Shown piece by piece: positions 47,387-57,133 of a stretch of DNA of 59,868 nucleotides. The notes under the pieces were generated by a model. It was given only the letters and a program-made list of their open reading frames with translations, was not told the DNA's origin and ran no database searches. The number at the start of each line of letters is the position of its first letter. The stretch's first letter is position 1. The DNA is from Armatimonadota bacterium (GTDB lineage Bacteria; Armatimonadota; SYMT01). The position numbers were made by a program, and so were the translations under genes. Location: positions 1 through 59,868 of the forward strand of contig JBKBRF010000042.1 in assembly GCA_046292385.1 (NCBI GenBank), read 5' to 3'.

Positions 47387-49006
47387 TTAGCCCGGCGGCG
47401 CGAGGCCGGCACGGACCCGGGTAAGCTTCCAGGCCCGTTGAAGGAGACTGTCGCGCAGCCCGGAGGGGAGGCCCAGCAGCGGCGCCGCCAGCAGGACCAC
47501 GGCGAAGGTCGCTCCGGCGCCGAGGCCCCAGACCAGCCAATTGACAACCAGCAACTGCTGGCCGAAGTACCAGCCTCCGGCATAGAAGCAGGCGGCGATC
47601 AGGAGCGGCCGGAGCACTCCGCCCGGGTTGAGGCGGTGCGCGCACCCGAGACTCCGGTGCACCACGACGGGGTAGGTGAACGTCAGGACCAGCCGCCCCA
47701 GCAGCATGGCGAGGCAGAGCCCCGCAATGCCGAGGCGCGGCACCAGCAGCAGTGCCAGTACCAGCGACGCGGCTACCCCGGCGGCGCCCAGCAGCACCTT
47801 GGCGCGGAGCTGGAGCGTTAGATCGATGACGTAGGTGTCGTTCCGGATAAAGGTCAACTGCGCCATCATCAGCACGATGAGCAGGTTGACCCAGGAGCCG
47901 GCGTAGTGGGCCGGCCCGACCCAGAGGGAGAGGAACGACCGGTTCCAGAGGAGGATCGTGAAGCCGGCGGCGGTGACGATCGTCCAGGAGATCGCGAGCA
48001 TCTCGCTCCGCACCACCGTGACGGCCGCGTGCTCCTTTCGGCCGACCAGGCCGCCCAGCCCGGGGGCCGCGGCGCCCACCATCAGCGTGAGCACGTCGAC
48101 CACCATCGTCGCGGCGTAGCCGCTCACCACGTAGGTGGTCACGCTGGCCGCCGTCGTGAGGGCTCCCAGCAGCACGACGTCGCTGGCGAGCAGCAGTTTG
48201 TTTACCAGCGTCCAGCAGAAGTACCAGCTGCTGAAGCCGAGGAAGCTCCGGATCTCCGCCCCGTCGGGACGCTCCACGCCGAACCAGGGCACGTACCGCC
48301 GGACGAGCTGCCAGAACACCCCTGCCGTGAGCGCGGTCACGAGCAGCTGAACCGCCACCACCCCGAGCAGCCCGAGGCCGAGATAGACGGCTCCGACCGT
48401 GAGCACACCGCCCAGGACGATGAGGATGGAGCGGATGCCCATCCGCTTGTAGCCGAGGTTCATCCCGCGCAGGGTGGCCTCCGGCACGGCCGCCAGGCCA
48501 CCGAACAGGAAGTCGAGCACCAGGAGGGCACAGGCGATCCGGATGACCGGGTGCAGAGATCCGGCCCCTTTCGCCAGCGACGGCGCCAGCCACACCAGCA
48601 GGGCCCCCACGGCCAGGGTGACCGGTAGGAAGAGGAGCCACACGCCGACCGCGCTGCCGATCTGCCGCCGCTTCTGCTCCGGATTGTCGAGGCTCTGCTG
48701 GTTCGCGATCAGCCACTTCAGCGCCTGCGTGGGCCGTCCGTCCGCCGCGGCCATGTAGCTGACCAGCTTGTTGAGCACCTGCCACGCGCCGAAGAGCGAC
48801 GAGCCGAGGCCGGCCACCAGGATCGGGGTGACGATCAGCCCTACCAGGCCGCGACAGCCGTAGTCGAGCAGCGCCGACGCGGCATTCAGCCCCGCCACCC
48901 GGGTCCGGGCGCGCTCCACGACGGGAAGCTCCGGCGCCGGCGCCGCGGCTGCCTCCGCTTCTGTCGCCGGACGGTGCTCGACCGGTTTTTCCTGCAGCGC
49001 CGGCAT
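47387..49006 (-). CDS. wzx: Polysaccharide flippase (Wzx/MOP family)
   Basis: TPILVAGLGSSLFGAW and ASDVVLLG motifs; about 12-14 TM; ATG 49006 overlaps the upstream TGA. Confidence 0.8.
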   Translation of the reverse strand: MPALQEKPVEHRPATEAEAAAAPAPELPVVERARTRVAGLNAASALLDYGCRGLVGLIVTPILVAGLGSSLFGAWQVLNKLVSYMAAADGRPTQALKWLIANQQSLDNPEQKRRQIGSAVGVWLLFLPVTLAVGALLVWLAPSLAKGAGSLHPVIRIACALLVLDFLFGGLAAVPEATLRGMNLGYKRMGIRSILIVLGGVLTVGAVYLGLGLLGVVAVQLLVTALTAGVFWQLVRRYVPWFGVERPDGAEIRSFLGFSSWYFCWTLVNKLLLASDVVLLGALTTAASVTTYVVSGYAATMVVDVLTLMVGAAAPGLGGLVGRKEHAAVTVVRSEMLAISWTIVTAAGFTILLWNRSFLSLWVGPAHYAGSWVNLLIVLMMAQLTFIRNDTYVIDLTLQLRAKVLLGAAGVAASLVLALLLVPRLGIAGLCLAMLLGRLVLTFTYPVVVHRSLGCAHRLNPGGVLRPLLIAACFYAGGWYFGQQLLVVNWLVWGLGAGATFAVVLLAAPLLGLPSGLRDSLLQRAWKLTRVRAGLAPPG

Positions 49007-49638
49007 CAGCGAGACCCTCCCTCGGACGGCAGCAGGCTCAGCACCTGGTCCGCAAGCTGCTCCGGAGTGGCAGACCCGGAGTCGAGGCGAAGCAGCGGCG
49101 TGCCGCAGCGCCGGCGCAGCTCGCGCGCGACGATCTCGTAGGCGTTCCGGTACCGCGCCAGGAACTTGCCCAGCTCCGCGTCCGAGGCGTCTTTCAAGGC
49201 GTGGGCTTTGCCGCGGCTTCGAATGCGCTCCATCAGGATCGAGTCCGGCGCATCCAGCCAGAGCAGGAAGTCGACCGAGCCGGCCCAGGCGTGGAGCGCC
49301 CTCCGGGCGAGCAGACCGGAGAGTGCCGGCCCGGAGGACCGGCCTCGCACCAGCTGGCGGGTGAGCCGGAACACCGGCCCCTCGTCCAGCAGCACGGCGC
49401 GGCACTCTTCCAGGCCCGGCAGGGCGCGCAGGATGCTCCGCGGCCGCGTCAGCGAGGGCAGCGCCCGCAGGAAGCCGCGCACCGCCAGCGGGCCGTGCTG
49501 CTGCAGCTCCACGCGCAGGCTCCCGATGGAGCGATCGCGCTGACCGACAGCGGCCATGAGCGTGCTCTTGCCCGCTCCGGCAGGCCCGATCAGCTCCAGC
49601 ACCAGGAACCGGCGCTCGATGGTAGACAGGGGTGGCAT
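49006..49638 (-). CDS. P-loop NMP-kinase-like protein
   Basis: ELIGPAGAGKST, LLDEGP and WLDAP...ERIRSR motifs. Confidence 0.75.
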   Translation of the reverse strand: MPPLSTIERRFLVLELIGPAGAGKSTLMAAVGQRDRSIGSLRVELQQHGPLAVRGFLRALPSLTRPRSILRALPGLEECRAVLLDEGPVFRLTRQLVRGRSSGPALSGLLARRALHAWAGSVDFLLWLDAPDSILMERIRSRGKAHALKDASDAELGKFLARYRNAYEIVARELRRRCGTPLLRLDSGSATPEQLADQVLSLLPSEGGSR

Positions 49639-49644
49639 CGGTCG

Positions 49645-51207
49645 TTAGATCCTCGCCCAGAGCAGACCCTTGAGCTCCGTCAGCACTTCTTCCGCGCTCC
49701 GGCTCGTGTCGATCCGCGGCACTCCCAGGCCTTCCCAGTCGATCGACCGGAACTCCCGGGAGCGGCTGCGAACCTGCTCCGGATCCTCCTGCGGCTTCCG
49801 CGCTACGGCGGTCTCCGGATCTACGGTCAGGGCGATCACCACCTCGGGCGCCAGCATCCGCGCGTAGTAACTCCGCTCGCGATCCGCGAGCCAGCCGGCC
49901 AGCCGGCCCCCGGCACGGCCGTTGAGAAACCGGGCGATCTTCGGACCGTCCATCTGCTTGATCTGGGGGCAGGGAAACCGGTCGCAGATCACGAGCCCTC
50001 CCGCCGTCGCGAAGCGGCGGGCCTCCGTGTAGAGACGGACCCGGTCTCGCGCGACGCAGACGTACCGCAGCATCTGCAGGTAGTCCCCGGCACCGAGCCC
50101 GCCGGTATCCGCCGGAGCGGCGGGCTTCCGCTCGTTGAGGAGCCGCGTGCCGCGGGCGAGCAGCGCGACCACCTGCGTGGAGAGCGAGCGCGGCGGCTTG
50201 CCGAGGTGGATGCGGCGCGTGGCCACTGTCTTCGAGATCCACCGGTGAAGCCCGTCCGCCGCGGAAGTCTTGCCGGCGCCGTCCCCTCCCAGCAGGGCCA
50301 CCATGGCGCCGCCGTTGGACAGCAGCTTCCGGGTGCCGCGCCGCGGCAGTCGGTTCCGCGCGAGCTTCTGCAGGCGGCGGCCGAACCGCACCAGGGAGTC
50401 GAGAAGGAGCGGCTGACGCGCGTGAGCCTGGAGGCGCCGGATCAGCCGCTGCCGGATCGCCAGCCGGGCCCAATTGGAGCACCGGGGATGCAGCGAGTCG
50501 ACGCACTCGCGGAAGAGCTCGGGCCCCACGCCGGGGAGGTGGCGATCCAGCAGCCGGAGGACCTGGTCCGGGTCCGCCCGCTCCGCGAGCCACAGATACT
50601 CCTGATAGACGGAGGCGGAGAGACCCCCCTTGCGGCTCCAGAGCTCGACTGCCGAGTACTTGAGCACCATCCGCACGACGTAGAGGATCAGCTCCAGCTC
50701 CGGGGCGGGGAGACAGAGCAGCCCGTGGGGCCGCGCCGACGCGACGAACGCCTCCTCCAGCGGCACGTGGAAGTTCTTGGAGAGGTCGTGCCCTACCACC
50801 AGCTGCGAGTGAGCGTGCACGTGCACGAACTGGTCCGTGGCGACGTCGAGCCCGTAGTAGTGCTGAATACCGGGCACCAGCGCTCCCGGTGAGACGACCT
50901 GCCTGAAGCCGAGCTCTGAAAGCAGAGCCGTGAAGCGCAGCCAATCGGACCGGCCCACCAGCAGGTCGAGATCCCCCTCACCGCCGGCCCAGCGCTGGGC
51001 CCGCCAGTTGCTCTTCCAATGGCAATAGCGGATCTCACGGCTCTCCAACTGCTGGCAGAGCTGCCGGATCAGCGGGGAGACCAATCCTCCGGAAGCCGGC
51101 TCGGCGCTCGAGCGGGCGATCCCGCCCGTCTCAATTCCGAGCGGGCTTCCGTCAGTCATCGCGAGGGTCGAGCAAGCTGCAGACGATCTGTTATCAAGCG
51201 GGGCCAT
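49645..51207 (-). CDS. Fusion of a nucleotidyltransferase-like domain and a thymidylate-kinase-like domain
   Basis: N-terminal YCHWKSN...GDLDLLV...HVHAH; C-terminal LLGGDGAGKTS and ICDRFP. Confidence 0.75.
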   Translation of the reverse strand: MAPLDNRSSAACSTLAMTDGSPLGIETGGIARSSAEPASGGLVSPLIRQLCQQLESREIRYCHWKSNWRAQRWAGGEGDLDLLVGRSDWLRFTALLSELGFRQVVSPGALVPGIQHYYGLDVATDQFVHVHAHSQLVVGHDLSKNFHVPLEEAFVASARPHGLLCLPAPELELILYVVRMVLKYSAVELWSRKGGLSASVYQEYLWLAERADPDQVLRLLDRHLPGVGPELFRECVDSLHPRCSNWARLAIRQRLIRRLQAHARQPLLLDSLVRFGRRLQKLARNRLPRRGTRKLLSNGGAMVALLGGDGAGKTSAADGLHRWISKTVATRRIHLGKPPRSLSTQVVALLARGTRLLNERKPAAPADTGGLGAGDYLQMLRYVCVARDRVRLYTEARRFATAGGLVICDRFPCPQIKQMDGPKIARFLNGRAGGRLAGWLADRERSYYARMLAPEVVIALTVDPETAVARKPQEDPEQVRSRSREFRSIDWEGLGVPRIDTSRSAEEVLTELKGLLWARI

Positions 51208-51254
51208 TGCGGCTCGTTCTCCTGAGGGTCACAGAGAGCGGTGAGAAGGGCACG

Positions 51255-52703
51255 CTAGAAGAGGCCGAAGAGACCGCCGACGAACGGCAGCGCGCGCAGG
51301 TAGTCGGTGGTGGTCGGCTTCCGATCGTTCAGGTTCTTGGCAGGGAGAAACAGCACGTCCCCGCTCTGGAGCCGGTAGTTCTGCTTGTGAGACTCGTTTT
51401 TCAGGACCGCCTTCAGGTCGACCGACCGCGTGGGCTGGCCGCGGCGGATCAACTGGGCCCCCTTGAGGTCGACCTTGCTGTCGTCCAGCGCGGCGAGCGT
51501 CTCGGTCTGGCCGGCAGTGAAGAACTCCTGGATCGTCTGGCCCTCGGCCAGCGGACGCGGGCCGGGCACGGGGACGGCCCCGATCAGGAAGACCGCGTCG
51601 GCCTGGCGCGGCACGTGCACGGAGTCGCCGGGCGCGAGCAGGACCTTGCCGGCGGCACCGTCCTCGCGCAGAGCGACCAGGTCGACCGTACGCGGGGCGA
51701 CGCCCGGCCGCTTCAACTCGATCCGGCGCACGTCGGCCATGAGCGTGAGCTTGCCGGCGGCGACGATCAGGTCGTCCAGCGTCATCTCCGGCTTGTATGG
51801 ATAGGAAGCGGGGTTGAGCACTTCGCCCGCGATCCAGATGAAGCCGGTGCGGTACTTGAGCGCCACGTGTACCGCGTCCCCATCCCGGAGCACGGGGTTG
51901 TGGGCCAGATCGGCCAGCCGCTCGAGATCGGACAGATCCACGACAGTCCGGGTCAGGTCGGCGTGCGTGATCGTGACGCTCGCCAGATCCGCGTCCGGGA
52001 GGGCTCCGCCGGCCAGTCCGAGCGCTTGATGCGCGCGCAGCCCGCGCTCCCCCTCGGTGAGCGGACCCGGCTTCTGCACGGCTCCGGTGACGGTGATGCG
52101 CAGCGTCGCCTGCAGCGGCACTTCGATCGAGTCGCCGTCTTCCAGCAGCAGGTTCCGCCGATCGTCTTCCACACTGCCGGCCTCGACCAGGTCGATGACC
52201 TTACGGGAGAGATCTTTGCGCAGCACCGAAACGCGGCTGAGGTCAGCCGTGGGGAGCGGTCCGCCGGCCAGGTCGAGCGCTTTCCGCAGGCGGAGCCCGG
52301 TCTCCAGCGGGAGCGGGCCCGGCTTCTGGACTCCTCCGCTCACGGTGATCTGCGGGAGGAGAGGCGGCCGCCCGAGCTTGACGACGGCGACGGAGACGCG
52401 CGGGCGCTTCAAGACCTTTTCCAGCTCCCGGGTGATGTGCTTCTCCAGCTCGGAGACCGTCATCCCCACCACCCGCGTCTGGCCGAGGTTCTTCAGCTGT
52501 ACGGTCCCGTCCGGAAGCACCGTACCTGTGCTGCCGTATTCCGTCCGCGGCAAGACCGAGACCGCGATCTCATCCCCGGGCTGAAGCCGGTACTGCTCGG
52601 AGGCCCGAGCCGGGTCCTCCGCGCGCGCGGGCAGCACGGGCAGCACGGGCAGCACGGCCGCGACGAAGAGGGTGAGAATAGAGATCAGTTTTTGGGGCGT
52701 CAT
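51255..52703 (-). CDS. wza: Polysaccharide export protein (Poly_export + multiple SLBB), Wza-like
   Basis: YRLQPGD...VLPDGTVQL...GMTVSEL; four SLBB repeats (GxVxxPG...LxxGD); signal peptide. Confidence 0.85.
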   Translation of the reverse strand: MTPQKLISILTLFVAAVLPVLPVLPARAEDPARASEQYRLQPGDEIAVSVLPRTEYGSTGTVLPDGTVQLKNLGQTRVVGMTVSELEKHITRELEKVLKRPRVSVAVVKLGRPPLLPQITVSGGVQKPGPLPLETGLRLRKALDLAGGPLPTADLSRVSVLRKDLSRKVIDLVEAGSVEDDRRNLLLEDGDSIEVPLQATLRITVTGAVQKPGPLTEGERGLRAHQALGLAGGALPDADLASVTITHADLTRTVVDLSDLERLADLAHNPVLRDGDAVHVALKYRTGFIWIAGEVLNPASYPYKPEMTLDDLIVAAGKLTLMADVRRIELKRPGVAPRTVDLVALREDGAAGKVLLAPGDSVHVPRQADAVFLIGAVPVPGPRPLAEGQTIQEFFTAGQTETLAALDDSKVDLKGAQLIRRGQPTRSVDLKAVLKNESHKQNYRLQSGDVLFLPAKNLNDRKPTTTDYLRALPFVGGLFGLF

Positions 52704-52743
52704 GGAAGTCGCTCCTCAAGACATCTGCCGAAGCGTCTGCCGT

Positions 52744-54912
52744 TCACCAGGTGGTCGGAAGCTGCTGCGCCGGCACTTCCTGCTCCGGCTCGCGCGGGGC
52801 GAGCTCGGCACGGAGGCTCTGCGCGCCTCCACCGCCGCCGCGCTCCGATCGGCCGTAGTAGGCGCTGTAGTGCGGGCCGCGCCCGCCTCGAACGCCGTTC
52901 AGGATGGCGCCCAGCACCGTCGCGCCGGAGGCGTTCAGGATCTCGCGAGCCCGAGCCAGGTCGGCACGCCGGCTGCGCGCTGCCCCGGTCACGAGGACGA
53001 CCCCGCTCATGCGGCCGGCGAGGATCAGCGGATCGGCCACCGGGAGGCAGGCCGGCGTGTCGACCAGCGTGATGCTGGCGATCTCATCGAGCTGGGCAAG
53101 CACCCGGTCCAGCGCCGGCCCGGAGAGCAGCTCCGCCGGATCGGCGGCGGCATGCCCGGCGGTGAGGATGGAGAGGTGAGGAACGCCGCTCGGCCGGAGC
53201 AGGTCCCGAGGCTCCAGAGACTCGTCCTGAAGCAGCTCCGCGAGCCCGGGCCCCAGCGGTAGTCCGAACACCTCATGCACCCGGGAGCGCCGCAGGTCGG
53301 CGTCGACCAGCACCACCGGCTTGCCGTCGCTCGCGAGGGAAGCGGCGAGGTTCACGCTGGTAGTGGTCTTGCCTTCGCCGGGACACGGGCTGGTGATCTG
53401 CAGCCGCCGGCTGCTCAGCCCCGCGTGGGAGAAGCTGATCCAGGAGCGGATCATGCGGTAGGCGTGGTCCAGCTCGGAGCCGGCCGGAAGCGCCGGCAGG
53501 AGCGGGGCTCGCGAGAGCGGTACCTGCCCCAGCGCGGGCAGGGCGGTGGCCGACTCCATCTCGAGCGAGGAGTGGACGCGGTCGTCGAGATGCTCCCGCA
53601 GGTAGCCGGCGCCGATCCCCAGCACCAGGGCGAGGCTCGCGGAGATCACCAGCAGCAGCGGCTTGTTCGGCCAGATCGGCGCAGACGGCACCGCGGCCGC
53701 GCTGATGACGTGCGCCGCATACGGCTGGGCCACGCGCCGGATCTCCAGCTCCTGCAGACGCTCGGAGAGGAGGGCGAACCGCGACTCCGCCGCCTCCCGC
53801 TCCTTCGCCAGGATGTCGGCCTGGAGCTGGAGACTGCCGATCTCCTCTCCGCGCCCTCCCTCCTTGCGAACCTCGGAGACGGCGGCGTTGAACGCCGCCT
53901 CCCGCTCGATGCGGGCCAGCTCCAGCTCGTTCAGCCGGGTCTCCAGCGCCGTCCTCACCGGATTGGGCGCGAAGGTGCGGGCCACCACCGCCTCCGGCTC
54001 CCGCTCGAGCTGGCGCCGGTAGCTCTGAATCTGCTCCGTGACCGCCTGCACCTCCGGACTGCTCTCCTGGAAATCCCGGAGGAGCTGCAGACGCTCCACC
54101 TGAAGCTCCCCGAGCTTCTGCAGCAGGAGTGCCCGCTGGGGGTTGGCCTGCTGATGCGCTCGCGACGCGTCGAGCGGCTCCGCGGCCAGGCGGCGCCGGA
54201 GCTTGTTCAGCTCCGCTGTGACGCTCTGCAGCGCCGCTCGGCTTGTGGAGAGGCGGGTCCGGGCCTCGACCCGCTGCTGGGCGCGCGGTCCTTGCTCCGC
54301 CGTGAGCCTCTCGAGCGGATGCACCTGCCGGAAGCCCCGCAGCCGCCCGCGGGCTCGCTGCACCTGCCTCGCGGCCTCGGTCCGCTCCTTCTGAACGAAC
54401 GCCAGCGCCGCCTCGATGCTCTCGCCCTGGAGCCTGGCCATCCGCTCCAGGTGGCGCCGCGCGATCTCGTTGGCCAGCTTTGCGGCCTGGCGCGGAGAGC
54501 GCCCCTCCACCGCGATCGCCATCACGTCGGCGCCATCCTCCGCCTCCACCTCCACCGAAGGCTCCGGGGTCCCGTCGTTGAGGTCGAATCCGGCGGCCAG
54601 CATCGACTGCCGCAGGAAACCGGGGTCCGAGATCGCCTCCGCCTGGGCCGCCACGCTCGGCGGCCGCGCCGGCGCCAGCAGCACCTCGAGCGGGTTCCCC
54701 GTGAGGCCGGAGAGGTCCCGGTTCTTCGGACTGGGAGGAACCGGGACCGTCAGGCGAACGGAGGCGCGATAGACCGGGGCGCTCGACAGCGTGACCGCCA
54801 GGCCGAGCGAAAAGACCGCCAGAAAGACCAGGAGCACGGTTACTCGCCGCCGGATCAGAACCTCCAGATGGGGGGTAGGGCCGGCCACCGCGCTAACAGG
54901 AACAGGTTCCAT
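52744..54912 (-). CDS. wzc: Polysaccharide co-polymerase / BY-kinase (Wzc/GumC)
   Basis: Two TM flanking a coiled coil; GEGKTT, VDADLRR and VDTP motifs; C-terminal YSAYY. Confidence 0.88.
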   Translation of the reverse strand: MEPVPVSAVAGPTPHLEVLIRRRVTVLLVFLAVFSLGLAVTLSSAPVYRASVRLTVPVPPSPKNRDLSGLTGNPLEVLLAPARPPSVAAQAEAISDPGFLRQSMLAAGFDLNDGTPEPSVEVEAEDGADVMAIAVEGRSPRQAAKLANEIARRHLERMARLQGESIEAALAFVQKERTEAARQVQRARGRLRGFRQVHPLERLTAEQGPRAQQRVEARTRLSTSRAALQSVTAELNKLRRRLAAEPLDASRAHQQANPQRALLLQKLGELQVERLQLLRDFQESSPEVQAVTEQIQSYRRQLEREPEAVVARTFAPNPVRTALETRLNELELARIEREAAFNAAVSEVRKEGGRGEEIGSLQLQADILAKEREAAESRFALLSERLQELEIRRVAQPYAAHVISAAAVPSAPIWPNKPLLLVISASLALVLGIGAGYLREHLDDRVHSSLEMESATALPALGQVPLSRAPLLPALPAGSELDHAYRMIRSWISFSHAGLSSRRLQITSPCPGEGKTTTSVNLAASLASDGKPVVLVDADLRRSRVHEVFGLPLGPGLAELLQDESLEPRDLLRPSGVPHLSILTAGHAAADPAELLSGPALDRVLAQLDEIASITLVDTPACLPVADPLILAGRMSGVVLVTGAARSRRADLARAREILNASGATVLGAILNGVRGGRGPHYSAYYGRSERGGGGGAQSLRAELAPREPEQEVPAQQLPTTW

Positions 54913-54991
54913 AAATTGCACCAGCCTCCGATGAAACGGCACATCAGAGGCAGAAGATAATGAGCGGGTGATAGATGCCGCAGCGAGGCGG

Positions 54992-55801
54992 CTAACACGC
55001 CCCGTCGCGCTTCAGAACCGCGAGGGCGGTGAGGAGTAAAAGCTTGAAGTCGAGATAGAAGCTCCGGTTCTCGATGTAGAACATGTCCATCGCGACGCGC
55101 TCAGAGTAATCGACCTCACTGCGGCCGGACGTCTGCCAGACTCCGCCCAGCCCGGGGAGAACCGACAGCAAGCGGTCCGCATAGGGGCCGTACTTCTCGA
55201 GCTCGTTCTGAACGATCGGACGTGGCCCGATGAGGCTCATGTCTCCGGCCATTACGTTGAAGAACTGCGGCAGCTCATCCAGGCTGGTCCGGCGAAGAAA
55301 ACGCCCGATAGGCGTAATGCGCGGATCATCCTTGATCTTGAAATTAGCCTGGAATTCCTGGAACAGCTTCGGGTTGCTTCGGAGGACTTCATCCGCATTC
55401 GCGACCATGGTCCGAAACTTCAGGCACCAGAACTCCCGTCCGCCGCGGCCCAGGCGGCGCTGCTTGTAAAGAATAGGGCCGGGCCCGGAAGCACGGATCA
55501 ACATGGCGATCGTGATCAGCAGCGGCAGGATTGCCACGATAGCTGCGAAGGCGATGAACAGATCGAAAGTCCGCTTCATCCTGTCGTAGTGACGGTTTAC
55601 CGGTCCTCGACGTACCAACGTGCCGAACTTCTGGGTGGGCAAAGCCACCCGCTCTACTCTCGAGTACTCCGCGCGCTCCTGATCAGAACGAGGCCGGGTT
55701 GAGCTGACACTTCGGCATTCGGAGTCGGTAAGCACTGGAGACCTCCTGCGGCGCGTCCGGTTGGTTCGTGGCAAGGGTGAATAGCCTTTGCCCGAGGGCA
55801 A
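54992..55801 (-). CDS. Priming sugar transferase (Bac_transf; WbaP/ExoY-like, short form)
   Basis: KRTFD, KFRTM, DPRIT, SLDELPQ and MSLIGPRP motifs; start uncertain. Confidence 0.92.
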   Translation of the reverse strand: MPSGKGYSPLPRTNRTRRRRSPVLTDSECRSVSSTRPRSDQERAEYSRVERVALPTQKFGTLVRRGPVNRHYDRMKRTFDLFIAFAAIVAILPLLITIAMLIRASGPGPILYKQRRLGRGGREFWCLKFRTMVANADEVLRSNPKLFQEFQANFKIKDDPRITPIGRFLRRTSLDELPQFFNVMAGDMSLIGPRPIVQNELEKYGPYADRLLSVLPGLGGVWQTSGRSEVDYSERVAMDMFYIENRSFYLDFKLLLLTALAVLKRDGAC

Positions 55802-56625
55802 TTATCATGGCTAGTCACCGCAGGCTCTCCGAGGATACCACCTGCCCAGGAAGGTGAAACAACGATTAAATCTCTCTTCAAGCTCCAGATTCGAATCAGG
55901 GAATACCGATGCCGCCTGCAGTAGTGATCAGAAATCGACGCAGAAAAACGCTGGAACTCTCAAGTCAGTTTCGGCCTGAGAGCTGGCGTAGAGAGCACGA
56001 TGCTCTGGTAGTTAATTGATCAAGCAGCGCGATGATTCTGTATAAAGGAGTGATGCCGAGTCTCTGGGAGAATCTGCTCCGATTCCCCACGGGATCCGCT
56101 AATGGATTCCCCCGCGGCAGCAGTAATTGCCGCATGCGAATGAGGATATCGAGCCGATAATCGGGACCTCACCTCACATTCATCGGGCCGGGCCAGCTCC
56201 TGGTCAACTCCAGCGCACGGCCTGGAGATGTCTCACCTCGTGGGAGATGTCCTGGCCGGTGCTGGGGCTCCACAGGTACAAGTGCGAGGGCCGGCGCCCC
56301 ACGTGCAAGCGGACGCGGGCTCCGCCGGGATTGACACCGATTTGTCATCTCGCCCGCCGCAATTCCGTGCGTCAGCGCTTCGCTTGCCGGGTATCCGTAC
56401 CGTGAGGCGCCTCTGGAACCTCCACGACCAGCCCGCCGGCTCTCTCCACTCGGTGCGAAGTCCGGCGGTCGCAGCGGAGGCGAGTCCGCATCATCCCACT
56501 GCAGACCCGGCCTCTCTGGAGGCGCGCTCCGAACCGGCCAGAGCATGGATTCCATCCTCGGCCGGCGGCGGTGATGGGCACTGGCGAGGTATGTCGCCAG
56601 CTCCCCAACTCAGGAGATCCCCGCA

Positions 56626-57090
56626 ATGGTACCAAGAGCGAGAGAAGACGGTTTGATCGTCCGCGAGATGTCAGATGAGGTGCTCGTGTATGACACGGAG
56701 CGCCATCTTTCTCACTGCCTCAACCGCAGTGCTGCGCTGGTGTGGCGCAGCTGTGATGGAAAGCGGGGGGTGGATGAGATTACCGCACGGTTAGGGGAAG
56801 ACCTGGCGGTTCCGGCAACCGAGGAGATGGTCTGGTTAGCGCTCGAGAGCCTGGAGAAGGCGCACCTGCTCCAGGACCGCGTGGTCCGGCCCGAGGGGGC
56901 GGCGCGGTACTCCCGTCGTGAGGTGGCCCGGATGACGGGAAGGGTCGGCATGGTGGCGGCACTCCTTCCGGTCGCGGCCAGCATTGTCGCTCCCACCAAA
57001 GCGCAGGCCGCGTCGGGATCCAACGGTAAGAAGAAGGGCCACACCGACAAGGGCAAGAGCGACGGCAAGGGCAAGGGTCCTAAGAAGTAG
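56626..57090 (+). CDS. PqqD/RRE-family protein fused to a Tat-like leader and a Lys/Gly-rich C-terminal peptide
   Basis: EVLVYD...HCLNRSAALVWRSCDG...V..ALESLEKAHLL winged helix, then SRREV...APTKAQA-ASGSNGKKKGHTDKGKSDGKGKGPKK; AGGAG Shine-Dalgarno. Confidence 0.8.
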   Translation: MVPRAREDGLIVREMSDEVLVYDTERHLSHCLNRSAALVWRSCDGKRGVDEITARLGEDLAVPATEEMVWLALESLEKAHLLQDRVVRPEGAARYSRREVARMTGRVGMVAALLPVAASIVAPTKAQAASGSNGKKKGHTDKGKSDGKGKGPKK

Positions 57091-57133
57091 GGGGCCTGGC
57101 GGCAAAGCCCGGGCCGAGCTAGGAGTGACACCC

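Noticed and set aside
47387..50944. 1185-aa ORF as a single gene
   Set aside because: The N-terminal part is a low-complexity shadow frame over two real kinase genes; only 47387-49006 is the flippase
55953..55980. Third ECF promoter (GGAACTC)
   Set aside because: No GTC -10 element at 16-bp spacing
56990..57090. Canonical lasso core in the RRE tail
   Set aside because: No start with Thr at -2 gives Asp/Glu at position 7-9, and no B2 protease is in the window
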